Shown: positions 38,890-51,183 of the stretch, in pieces
Position numbering within the stretch: the stretch's first letter is position 1
Layout of the letters: every line of letters begins with the position of its first letter
Source of the DNA: Octopus bimaculoides
Lineage: Eukaryota
DNA length: 64,000 nt
Assembly (NCBI RefSeq): GCF_001194135.2
Contig: NC_068996.1
Coordinates: 38,878,061 to 38,942,060, forward strand
Reading direction: 5' to 3'
Translations under genes and position numbers: made by a program
Notes under the pieces: model-generated
Databases searched by the model: none
What the model saw: only the letters and a program-made list of their open reading frames with translations
Told to the model about the DNA's origin: nothing

Positions 38890-39839
38890 TTTGCCTTTCA
38901 TCCTTTCAGAGTCGATAAAATAAGTACCAGTTGAACACTGGGGTTGATGTAATTGACTTAGCCCTTTACCTGAAATTGCTGGCCTTGTGCCACTATTTGG
39001 AATCAGTGTTTATATAACAAGCTAAATTTAGTGCAGATGTACTCAAATGGAAAAGCAGGTGAAATTCTGTTGCATGTATGCTTTGTTGAAATGATGCCAT
39101 ATAATTACAATGATTACATAGCTGAAGTTATTCATGGCCAGAATACAGAGGCATCTACTCTTGACATTGATGTAACATCTTGATAGGTTTTAAAAATCAC
39201 TTGCCTGAGAGGAGGATGTGTTGCCATGGGAACTCAGAAGTGAATGATATCATTTGTGATACAAAGGTGAAATTTTGGATTACCTGACCGAGACATCTGG
39301 AGATATGCTGTGCTTGAGAAGATCTGGCAAGTCAAGTGAAATTGTGGCTATGGCCCATGCCAGTGTCGTATAACTGGCCCATTTAAGAGTATCCTTCAAT
39401 TGTTAGGCAATATGCTGTGCTTGAAAAGACATGTCGAGTCAAGTGAAATCATTGTCGTGGCCAATGCCAATACTGCCTGACTGGTACCCATGCCAGTGGC
39501 ACGTAAAAAGCACCATTCGAGTGTGGTCGATGCCAGTGCTGCCTGACTGGCTCCTGTGCTGATGGCATGTAAAAAGCACCATTCGAGTATGGTTGATGCC
39601 AGTGCCGCCTGACTGACCCCCGTGCTAGTGGCATGTAAAAAGCACCTACTACACTCTTGGAGTGGTTGGCGTTAAGAAGGGCATCCAGCTGTAGAAACCT
39701 TGCTAAATCAGATTGGAGCTTGGTGCAGCCTCCTGGCTTGCCAGTCCTCAGTCAAACCGTCCAACCCATGCCTGCATGGAAAGCGGATGTTAAATGATGA
39801 TGATGATTGAAAGTTTAGCAGCATGCTCAATTTAGCATC

Positions 39840-40200
39840 ACCTCCAGCCTCACTTGAGTAGCTTGCTACTCTTATGAGGAAGGTGTCTGGATACCCAGCA
39901 GGACTAAACACAAGACTTGTAGGGCAGATGAGCTCTCCTTGTGGGCCAACAACTATTCAACTGGAGAAGACAATGACAGACCACCGTAATATCTGTGCCA
40001 AGAAAACATTGTGAGAGAGTCAGAACAAAGTGATGCAATGGCTTCATCTGATAGAACATGCTTCATCCAATGGGAGAACTCTTGTTTGATTGGGAAGACT
40101 TCTGTTATTGTGTCATCAATGTGCTGCAAAAGTGTATGGTACATGATGACAGCAACTTTATTCTTGAGATATATCAAGTGTAGTTAAAGAAAACTACAGT
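39840..40200 (-). mobile_element. Old non-LTR retrotransposon RT thumb remnant (CRE/NeSL-like?)
   Basis: ORF 39953-40177 LLQHIDDTITEVF..SWHRYYGGLSLSSP resembles the LP.R.GGLGL motif; clade uncertain. Confidence 0.4.
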
Positions 40201-40515
40201 GGCCATGATGCATTTTTCAGTGTCTGTCAGGATTGCTTGTAATCTTATTCGTGTTAGTATTAATAAAGGCAGACAACAAAGTGGGAAGCAATATTTACCA
40301 AATCATTGGTCAATATTAGATTAGTTTTTTTCCCGTTTCTACCCAGCATCTAATGGTATGATTCATAACGGATGGGATAAAGATTATCCAGAATTAATAT
40401 CTTAGTGATTTTTCTTTAATCCTTTTAATACCAAACAGTTTCAATTCTTTTGAAGTAGCTAGAATCCAATACCTTTTTGATTTTAACTTTTTGACCAATT
40501 AGTGACCAAGCAAGC

Positions 40516-40551
<36 letters not shown>

Positions 40552-43500
40552 CCATTGATTCTCACGCCAGGTTCAGTAATACTCACAATAGCAGTTTTTG
40601 TTTATTTGAACAAAGTACTGTAAACGTTGTGCCATTTAAATGTTCCTGGTTTTAGCAATTAGCAGAATAATGACATTCTATGAGTCATACTGAATGTATA
40701 GAATATTTTATCAATGAGGCTAAACCATAAGCATGCATCTGTTATGAGCAAATATATCTTAAGATAATGTTGTGTTTCATAATGACTGATAACTATTTAT
40801 TGTAAATTCCATATCTTCACCTCAAATTTCTCAGAATTCAGCATTATCCCATGTCTGTCACAAATGTCAAGCTACTAAACAACTAAAATAAATGGCTCTT
40901 GTAGAATGATCTAATCAAGCAACACATCATCATGACATTTAGTTTTGAAATCTTTTATACAATTTCATATTTTGAAGTAATGTATCCTTGAGATGAAGCT
41001 TTTTAGGGATAGTGACCCAATGGAGTTGTAAATATCATAAAATGACAGTATTTAAGCATATGAGAGACATTGTGATCTCTTTTCTAAATATCATAGTTTT
41101 CTTTTTGCTATTGGACACAAATGTTGTTTGTACATTTTATGTTTGAAACTCAACTGTTTTGCAATGTTTTTCCTTCTTTTTGTCGCATGTTACTGTATAG
41201 TGACATCATTTAAGTATTTCTCAATTTGGATGGGTTACAAAAGAAGTAGGGCATCTTGATCAAAGCTTTTCTGAAATTCTTACTGTTATTGCAAAGGATC
41301 AGTATTTCAGCATTGTAATGTACCATGAACTTCGTTGGCAGGTCTCTCATGAAGAGGAGAGGCTGATGTTCATATGAGATTACAGTGTATGATATATTTA
41401 TTGCATTTTGAATCTGTTTGATTTTGTTGACCTAGTAAGGCAAGCTTGTTAGAATCTGTCCAAGATGTTGGTGCTAAAGGTAATTGCGAGATCTGATGAA
41501 TGCATTGTTTAAGGCTGTTGTAATATCTTGGAAAATCTTTAAATATTTCTAATGTAATGTAAGCTTTTTTGATGAAGAGTTTATCATTATTGTTACTTTC
41601 AGCCCAGATGTCTCATGGCGAAGAGTGATAAATAGTATAATTTCTGATAATAATAGCAAAAGAGCTGATGCCTAGTTCATCAATGTTAAGGTTGTTGGCA
41701 AAACTCTTGATGAGCATGAGAACTTGGTTCATTTTATTTCAGTTCCTAAGAGACTCAACATGGAACGACAAATGCTTTTGTTGTGTAATGCCTGAGAGAA
41801 GTTAAAACCTTGCATATTCGGTCCTCTTCTTATTTCTTTACTGCCCATGAGGGGCTACACAAAGAGGGGACAAACAAGGACAGACAAACGGATTAAGTCA
41901 ATTATATCAACCCAGTGCATAACTGGTACTTATTTAATTGACCCCGAAAGAATGAAAGGCAAAGTCGACCTTGGCGGAATTTGAACTCAGAACGTAACGG
42001 CAGACGGAATAGCGCTAAGCATTTTGCCCGGTGTGCTAACGTTTCCGCCAGCTCGCCGCCTCTACTTGGTCCTCTTCTGTTGCAAAAATCCTCATGCAAT
42101 TGATGGTCCTGGTCCTTTGCTCTTGTGAAAATCCACAGGCACTTAAAACATAACAAATCTTGCAAATAACAAGGGAACCCTTTCACACAACTTTCCTATC
42201 AACTGTAGTCAAGAAGAGATAAAAAATGTTTGCTTTTTCAGCCATTCTATTCTCCTCCTCCTCATCTGATTTACCTTACACCCACTCTCACCTGATCTTA
42301 AATAAAAGGTTGTTTTTACTTAACATCAGTGCTAACAGAACTCGTTCTTATTTACAGTTTTCATGGCATGATTAACAAGGTGAAACCTCCTTTGTGATTA
42401 TTGCAGGATTTCAGTTGATCCATCTCCTTTTGTCTTTCATTTTTTTGCATTGTTATCCAACAAACTAACTATGTGCATGTCTAGGGTGTGTTGAGGAACT
42501 CTGTCTACTAGCACATTATTTGAGGTTTCCACCTTAATCACTATTCTTTTTGCTCATTGCAATGTACAACTAGCACTAAGTGACTTAACTGTACCTTTCC
42601 TCAATTTGGACATATGTGGGCACCCCCTCTTCTTCAGAGGACGCTGGTACAGCTTGTGAATGCCTGCTTTATATTTAAATACTGCCCTTTCATCATCATC
42701 ATTACTTAATGTCCACTGTCTATGCTGGCATGGGTTGAACGGTTTGGCCAAAGCTGGGAAGCTGCATCAGGGTCCAGTCTGATTTAGCATGGTTTCTACA
42801 GCTGGATGCCCTTCTGCTGCAGATTTCTGTTCTCCACACCTGAGCCACATATACCAGAGACCACATTGAGCAGCAAGATGTACCCCACCTTTCAATAATG
42901 ACTTTAATTGATCTGTGGTGCCTTTCCACAAGACTATTTCTGCTTGGCCCATAAACAGGTCTGAAGTAACTTTTGACATGCCTCTTGTTCTGTATTTCCT
43001 TCTGTACTTCTGATCAAAATAGAGTTCTGTTGATCACCAACACTTTGTCTGATGTACCTTTCTCTACAAAAACACTTCATTCAACACTGCTATGATTCAG
43101 GTCCCTGTTTCACTGATCTGATTCACCTCCATATAGTTAGTTACCTGTCCATGTTGCAATCAACCACTGTTAAGTACAGACCTTTTCAGTAATACATATC
43201 AATTTTTTTTTTTTTACTTGTTTCAGTCATTTGACTGCAGCCATGCTGGAGTGCTGCCTTGAAGGGTTTTAGTTGAACAAATTGACCCCCAGACTTTTTT
43301 TTTTAAAGCCTTCTAATCATTCTGTTGATCTCTTATGCCAAACTGCTAAGTTATGATGGGCTTCTTTCAGTTTCTGTCGACCAAATCCACTCACAGTGCT
43401 TTGAAAGGCCTTGGGCTATAGTAGAAGACACTTGCCCAAGGTGCCACACATTGGGACTGAACCTGGGACCATGTAATTGGGAAGCTTCTTACCACATAGC

Positions 43501-44371
43501 CATGCCTTTTTCTGTTATTTCTGACCTGAATTTCTCTCTTAACATTCACACTTGGTGTAACATTGATTAACACCTGTTGCACTCTAATCATTTTGTTAAT
43601 GGCCTTCTAAATGAAATAGGGTTCATCTTCCTGACCAGGAATAGGGAATCTATCTATTCTCATTTGATGGATACCATGCAATTCCTCCAGATAATTTCCC
43701 CTACACAGCACATGGTTGTGACCTCATTCTTGGAACTGGCCAGATCCAGCCTCTCACACTTACCCTACAAGATTATTCTAAAATCTCATGTCATTGAGAT
43801 CTCCAAGCTATGAGGTAATACAGGATCAATTCAAAACAATGTGAATAAATAAGCATTACATTTGACAGAGTAATCTGTGTGCCAAAGGGTTAAACCAGGC
43901 ATATCTGGCCCTAATATTCTATCCGTTTTATGTTCAAACTCGCCAGATCTGGCCTCTTGCAATATTATTCTTACAATATTATTCTAAAAATAAAAAATCA
44001 CATCATTGAAATCTAAAAGCTACGAGATAATGCATGGCTAATTCAAATCAATGTGATTAAATAAGTGTTATATTTTACAAAGAAATCTGTATGCTGAAGG
44101 ATTAATATTTCACAGACATCACATTAGATCCAGATTGTATCCTTTTGTTACTGCTTCCAGCTCAACCTCATTGAAATGCATAACATTACTCTTCTTTCTC
44201 AGTCAAGTTGCATTCTCTATCTTGACACTCATAGCTTATATCACCAGAATTACATTAGTTGCTATGCTACTTGCATTTCACTGTATGCCACCTTCCTTAG
44301 CTTCTGACACTTACCATTTTCTTCCCACAGGTCCATCTCATTTCACATCCTATACAATATCATTTTTTATG

Positions 44372-44649
44372 TTGACCATTCTCTTATGTACCTAGTTGGC
44401 TCAACCTGCTCCATTCTGACCACTCTCTTATGTACCTAGTTGGCTCAACATGCTCCATTTTAGCCCATTCTCTCATGTACCTAGTTGACTCAACCTGCTC
44501 CATTCTGACCACTCTTATGTACCTAGTTGGCTCAACCTGCTCCATTTTAGCCCATTCTCTCATGTACCTAGTTGGCTCAATCTACTCCATTTTGACCATT
44601 CTCTCATGTACCTAGTTGGCCCAACCTGCTCCATTTTGACCGTTCTCTT
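44372..44649. repeat. Minisatellite, six units of 42-45 bp
   Basis: Unit atgtacctagttggctcaacctgctccatt(ctgaccact|ttagcccatt)ctct; units 1-4 alternate between two variants. Confidence 0.92.
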
Positions 44650-44659
44650 GATACAGCTT

Positions 44660-45560
44660 CATGTGACACAAAGTCAACGAGTAATAGGATAATGCTCAAC
44701 TAATCTCCTACATACAGAAAACAACTCCTGCTTACTTAACTCATCACTTACCTGCAGGATCTAATTCCTACTCTAGAAGTTCAATTCCATTTTGTTCTTA
44801 TCCTAAGCCTCACTTCTACTTCCTCTTTTTTCATGATTTGAATGGCCTTGCAGTCATTCCATAGTTTTTAAGGCGACTTTTTACCTCTTCCACAGTCATC
44901 TCTGTTTTGTTTATCAGAATGCCTTCAGTTTAGGAACTTGTATTTTTTCTTATTCTTTTCACCTTTCTCTTTCATTTATCTTGAGGATGACTGACCTTAT
45001 CTTTGGTGCAAAGCTCAGCCCAAACTCCACTGTAATCAGACGGTGTGTTCTATTTTTGTAGTTTACCAATTGGTACTTCCACAGTTTTTTGGTCACATGG
45101 AGCTGTAGATAAGCTAACTTTAGGTCAACAATCATGGCTGCTTTTGTCATCTGTCTCCATGCTCACATGTCTTCCCCAAATGTCTGTTGTATTACCATTT
45201 GTATGACATATTATAGATGATTTAGCTTCTTAAAGGCCAACCCTAGTCTGATAGTTCTTCATTGGCTGAGTTTCCTTCTTCAAAAGTAGCAAGGCTGTTT
45301 TCACTTTTCTCTTCATCATACAGTAATGTCCAATTCTTATCCATCTTTCTACTTCTTTTACAAATTCAGTATTTACTCCTCTATTCAATAGACTATCAGA
45401 GCAACCCACTGTTCTCCCTCTCACAAATATTTGGTCCATCTTTCACCTTTCACTTTCCTGATTTCATTAACAGACATTTGTCAGCTCATAAGTCCACCTC
45501 ACCTTACTTGCTTTCTGTAGGCTGCAAATGCTCCTTCTGTAAACGTCTCCTTTAATCTTG
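44660..45560 (-). mobile_element. Degraded LINE endonuclease-region remnant
   Basis: MDQIFVR..., IVDLKL..THRLITVEF resembles the APE-domain IDYILV..QHRLLV segment. Confidence 0.4.
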
Positions 45561-48533
45561 CTTCAATTTTTTTCAATACTCAGTTGATCTCTGTCACCCA
45601 CTTCTAAATGAATAATGCATTCCATTATAAATAAAACAGTATAAAACTAGTGAGATCAGAAATGTGTTGAAGCACTGCCTCTACTTTCACCTTCTTAAAC
45701 CACACCACCTCACCACCAAACAATCCCACTATGTCACTTCTTAATCTGACCTTTTCTGCTGTCCTGTGTCTTTTTGTCAAAATAACATGTAGTTAGAGAA
45801 ATAAAACTTGTTTTTGTTTCTATTACTATTCTTAACCTTTGCCTTCTCTTACAAAATAATCCTCTGTTGTTGCAAAAACCCACATGTATTTAAGCATATA
45901 ATAAGTCTTTGTAATACAGGAAAACCCTCTTGTGTATTGTCAACTAGATTATCCTCACAGAAGACAATGAGAATGTGGATTAAAATGCAACATTTGCTCA
46001 CTCACTACCCGTGTTCCTTTTCTAAGTGATTGTACATCTATTTTTACCATCTTCTGGAATCATAGATTCCTTTTTTTTAAATTTTATTTGCCTTTGTATT
46101 ATCCTAGAGCGATTTGATAATAGCACCATGTCAGATGAGTCATTTTTTTTTTTTTTTTGAAGGTACTAAAAAAACAAAAAAAAAAAACTTGCAATGAAAG
46201 CATTGCATTCTTTGAATTGAACCTTGATTCTACCATGCCAAACCTATTAAGTTCATACAACCATTCAAGTGTTGATTCAAATGTCCTCAGCAGTCATCTA
46301 ACTAATTCCTCTACTTGTTTGTGATTAAAGATGAATTATCTTTGAAGTTGCATGTTCAGATCTGAGAGCTGCTAGAGAAATTTTCTGTCTTTAAATTATC
46401 ATCATCATGTTTGGTACATCAGCTTCAATCAGCCCAAGGATCCCAGTTTATATCTCCACAAGAACAATTCTATGTCATCCTTCTGGAGACAATCAAGTAA
46501 AATACCTAAATGGAATTTTTGTGGAGAACAATAAGCAATTGCCTCTCTTTCAAATAAGCCACTGGAAAAATGGTCGTGTTAAGAGAATTGCTCCATGCAG
46601 TAGGTACTTTCTTCATGAAAGACTATTTAACTTTCAGGACTCTCTGGACAGTTTCAAAAGTTTAATTCTAACAATAAATATGTAAATATGAACCAAAGTT
46701 AAACTGTTTTACTTGACTCCCCACTTAGTTTGTGACAAAATATTCAGTTGAATTCACACTGTTTCATACTGGTATATTACACTCTTCCATTTCCCATTAG
46801 TGATTAATGCAATATTGATTTGTTGATGAATATGGCCCAGCAAACTTTAGGTATGTTGACAACTACTCTGATGATGATTGCTACTGTGATATTGCTCAAC
46901 AGTCTGATGTGACAATCATATACGCAAAAGTAGTTCAGTGGCGATCTGGTTATTGAATTTTCTTGTTGCTCATCAACAATGTGGAAAGCAGTAGAGAGAT
47001 TCATACCTTAGAATACTACTGAATGCTGTGAAACTATTATTGTTGCTTCCAATCTAAGTACCTTATGATATACATTGGATGAAGGCTAGCAACCAGCACT
47101 TTTGCAATAAAAGTGGATATGCTTAAACTTGTATTTTAACTCTTTCGCATTCAGATTATTCTGTCAAATGTAATCCTTATTTATTCACATTAATCATCAT
47201 CATCATTTAATGTCTGTTTTCCATTCTGGCATGGGTTGGATGGTGTGACCAGAACTGGCAAGCTGGGGGGGGGGGGGCTGCACCAGACTCCAGTTCGATT
47301 TGGTATGGTTTTTACAGCTGGGTGCGCTTCCTAACGCCAACCACTTTATGGAGTGTGCAGGGTGATTTTATGTGGCACTGCACAGGCACTTTTACTTGAC
47401 ACCACATATGTGCTTTTGCGTCATGCATTATCTTGTAGTTTGAAATTTCAATGATGTGATTGTTTATTTTTCAAATGACATTGAGTAGGTGTGAGAGGTC
47501 AGATCAGATTGGTTTGAACATAAAATAGATAGAATATTTTGGGCCATATATGGCTGGTTTAAATGCTAAAGGGTTAAATACTGAAGTTGATCATTTGTAC
47601 CAAATAAAATGACCTACGTTTCAACAATTGTTTCTCATCACAATACAGTGGCAACAACAGCAGCAGTGGTGGCAGTTGTGGTAATGGTGGTGGGTAAATA
47701 TCAAAGGCAGTAGAATCAATCTTTACTTGTTCCTGCAGTGGTGTTATTCATTTCACTCTTTCTGCTTTAGCAGTATTTGAAAGGGTTAGTACTGAGTGTG
47801 GTTATAAATACTGCTACAAAACAAACTTCTTAACCAGACATCTATATCCGTGCCTGTATGAATTTGTTAGGTTGATTCTCTGTTAAAGTGTTCTGTCTTG
47901 CTGGCATTTACAATACGAATACATTTACATGAACAAACAATAATATTGAATTCTATCTTTTATTTTAATAGTAACATAGGTTGCTAATATAACTGGTGTA
48001 TTTGTTTATTTTTATGAAAAGAAGCTTTATTGCAATCAATGGTTCACCTTAAACACTGAAAGAAACAAACTGCACTTTTACTTATGAAATTCATTGCATG
48101 TATATCAAGTTGGCCTTTTCCAGAAATATCTAATTCAAAACCAGCAATCCTTTTCACTTTCTCTTTATGCTTTCATCAGTTTCAATCATTGAATTGTGGT
48201 CACTGCTTTCTGAGGTGTAATTAATTATATCACCATTTGTGATTATTTTATTGATCTCTTTTGTTGAACTATTACATTATGAGGTAAGAGACACAAAATA
48301 CACACACACATATAGGTTCCTACACAGTTTCTATCCATGGAATTCTATTCACAAGTCGTTGATCAACTAGTTATGCTATTTTGGTGCATCAACAATTGAA
48401 GAAGTCTGTATTTACTCAGACTTGTATTGTGGAGGGACATATTTATTTTGACAAGTTTCTGTAATATGTTTGTCTATTACACACTCTAATTAGAAGTTGT
48501 TATAAACTCAACTTTTTTTTCTCTCTCTTTCAG

Positions 48534-48614
48534 TTTTTTAACTGAATGTGGGGAGCATTCAGATAAAGTTGACGAGCAATCAAAACTAGGTAGGATACTC
48601 CAGACAACTGCAAG
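48534..48614 (+). CDS. LAMTOR1: LAMTOR1 coding exon 3 (SFLTECGEHSDKVDEQSKLGRILQTTA)
   Basis: Strong (T/C)n-CAG acceptor and GTAACT donor; DEQSKLGRILQTTA aligns to LAMTOR1 DEQALLSSILAKTA; phase 2 to 2. Confidence 0.93.
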
Positions 48615-48773
48615 GTAACTATTTCATTTTTCGGTCTTTCTCAGTGAATTTCTTTCACCATGTAACAATTTGCTGAATAATTAAAAGGAAATCTTAGAAA
48701 ATTTTGAAGAATTTATGAATTTCAAACAATTTGATATCATTATTGTTCTATTTAACCTGTTCTTCTTCTCCAG

Positions 48774-48851
48774 GAACATCATTGACGTTGCTGCTATGGA
48801 ACCACAAAGCATGGAACACAATGAATATCATGACAAAGCTAAATTGTACAG
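48774..48851 (+). CDS. LAMTOR1: LAMTOR1 coding exon 4 (RNIIDVAAMEPQSMEHNEYHDKAKLY)
   Basis: TTCTCCAG acceptor and GTATGT donor; NIIDV..MEHNEYHDKAKLY matches the conserved NIIDV..MEQHEYMDRARQY core. Confidence 0.95.
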
Positions 48852-50619
48852 GTATGTATGTTGAGGAATCTATTGTGTTTATGATATTTGGCTGGTTTGA
48901 GGATTATTATAAAAGATATTATATATATACAAAATGCGTTTAGCTTTTATGTAAATGTTTCAAAACCAAAAATATAGCAATCTCTTAGTCTGAATCCTTG
49001 AGCAGAAACTAATAGATTAATGGCTTTGAAGGTTTGTATAAGTGTTCAATGCTTTGCGTATGTTTGTATGTTATTGTTATCATCATCTTTTAACACCCAT
49101 CTTCCATGCTGGTACGAGTTGGATGGTTAGACTGGATCCAAAGAAATCAAGGCCTGCATTGTGATCTAGTGTTTCTATGGGTTTGTTTTTTGTGACACCA
49201 GCATTAGTGAGGCCACTATGCACCTCAGAAACTTGGATCCCCTTAGACTGTATGGAACTAAGGTATGAAAGAAAGGGCCAGGAGAGAACAGGTTTCTTAT
49301 TGTGGACGAGCTACATGACTTTGCACATTCTAGATGAGTTGATGGGAAGTAGCCAAGGTGGTGCTGGGAGAAGAGATAAAATTGGGTGGGTGACAGAAGA
49401 ACTGGAAGTGAAGATGGGTAGGGGTTGCAAGAGTAAGGTGAGAGTAAGGGATGGTTATAGATGGGCATTGGGTGAAGGAGAAGATATAATGAAGGTTAAG
49501 GGTTGAGGACTAGTTGAATATGAATAGACAAACGGAAGATAGGAAAGATTATCAAATTCTTTTTGTGCCATGTTCATGTTAAAGTTTATGAGGTCGTATT
49601 CAGGTAATTTATATATCATGAACTACATGGAATTTTTTGGATAATTTGAAATATAAAGTGTGCCTTTCTTTATATAAACAGTCTAATGATTGAAACAAGT
49701 AAAAGAAAACAAAATAACAATTAAAATATATCTAATTAGTCAATATAAAAAGAACTTTTCATGGTAACTAAACATGTAAATTAATGCTATAGAATTTTAT
49801 AAAGAAGAGGATAATCATTTTTATGAAAACTTCTGACCATTATGATCAGCTGTCGTTGAGCTTCTTAAACAAGTCATCTTGTTATCAGAGTGCAGCTTTA
49901 TTTTAGCTGTCATAAAATACCTTGTAGTAAGTGTTTCAGGAATTTGAGATGAAGTGAAATTTTTTAGGGAATAATTTCACTTCAAATATTTTTTACCTAA
50001 GTATTTTTAGGTGCATAGAACCATCATCATCATCGTTTAACGTCCGTCTTTCATGCATACATAGGTAAGATGGTTCACAGGAATTGGCCAGGTAGGAAAA
50101 CTACTCTGTGCTACTGTGTCTGTTTTTGGCATGGTTCTTATGGCTGGATGCCCTTCCTAACATCAATCACTCTGCAGAGTGGACTCTGTGCTTTTTACAT
50201 AGCACCAGCACAGGCAAGGTCAGTTTTCGCAAGGTTTCTACAGCTGGATGCTCCTCCAAATGCCAACCACTTCACAATGTGGACTGGATGCTTTTTACAT
50301 GGCACCAGCACTGGCAGGGTCACCAAGTAACTTGCAAGACAAGGAACTATGAGTGAGGCAGGGCAACTTTTGTAAGAGGATGAAAGGTTAGAGTGTGAGA
50401 GAGGCAGAAACAGGTGTCTTGCTATAGAGGTCTTGCTATACCCAGTGAGAGAGAAAGTGAGAAGCCAAATGGAGGGAGAAAGAGAGAGAGGTGCAAGAAA
50501 GAGGACAAACAGGTGGGTATGTATGTCTAATATTCCTATAGAGATTGCATTGTATCAACTAATTTTGAAACTGTCCAAGAATTAAGCAGCTTATGTAATT
50601 TTTTTTGTTCCATTTTCAG

Positions 50620-50749
50620 TGACAAATTAAATAGCGCTTTAAATGGCTCTGGTCGAATCCGAACGTATAAAACACAGTTACCAAACAGTACAAATAATCC
50701 ACAAGTAATTTTGTCGTCACAGCCTTTGCCTTCTACAGATCTTTTATTG
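50620..50749 (+). CDS. LAMTOR1: LAMTOR1 coding exon 5 (SDKLNSALNG...LPNSTNNPQVILSSQPLPSTDLLL)
   Basis: TTTTCAG acceptor and GTAAGA donor; LPNSTNNPQVILSSQPLPSTDL aligns to [22 protein letters not shown]; phase 2 to 0. Confidence 0.93.
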
Positions 50750-51183
50750 GTAAGAATATTTTTTTCTTTTTTTACTAATTTACCAATATTGTTGCTTCTT
50801 TTCATTTATCTAGCCCATCATGGTTCCTATTTTAGCTATAAGATTGGTTTCTTTCCAAAAGTTGGCCTTGTCTTCAGTAAGATTTTATTTTAGGTACTTA
50901 CTATAGAACTAGGCTCTGCTACTATTATCATTTGCATTTATTGAATTTTTCTTATACTGACAATAAGGGCATATTCCAGTACCTGTGCTTACTTGGAAAA
51001 CATCTTCATCTACTTGCTCAATTCAAATAATTATTAATGCTTGAGAACATAAGTGAATAAAGTAATCTTATTCTTATTAGGAAGGTGATAAAGCACCATA
51101 CTAGATATGTTGTACTTCTGTCTTCCTTTGTTGCTCATCCCTATATCTGTAATGAAAAGAATTTGTGACATTAATAGATTATA

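Noticed and set aside
40500-41800. Possible L1/Tx1-type LINE remnant (also about 46000-47100)
   Set aside because: Only faint motif similarity was visible; too degraded to support a feature call by eye.
44372-44649. Repeat array as a possible CRISPR
   Set aside because: There are no unique spacers, the context is eukaryotic and no cas genes are present.
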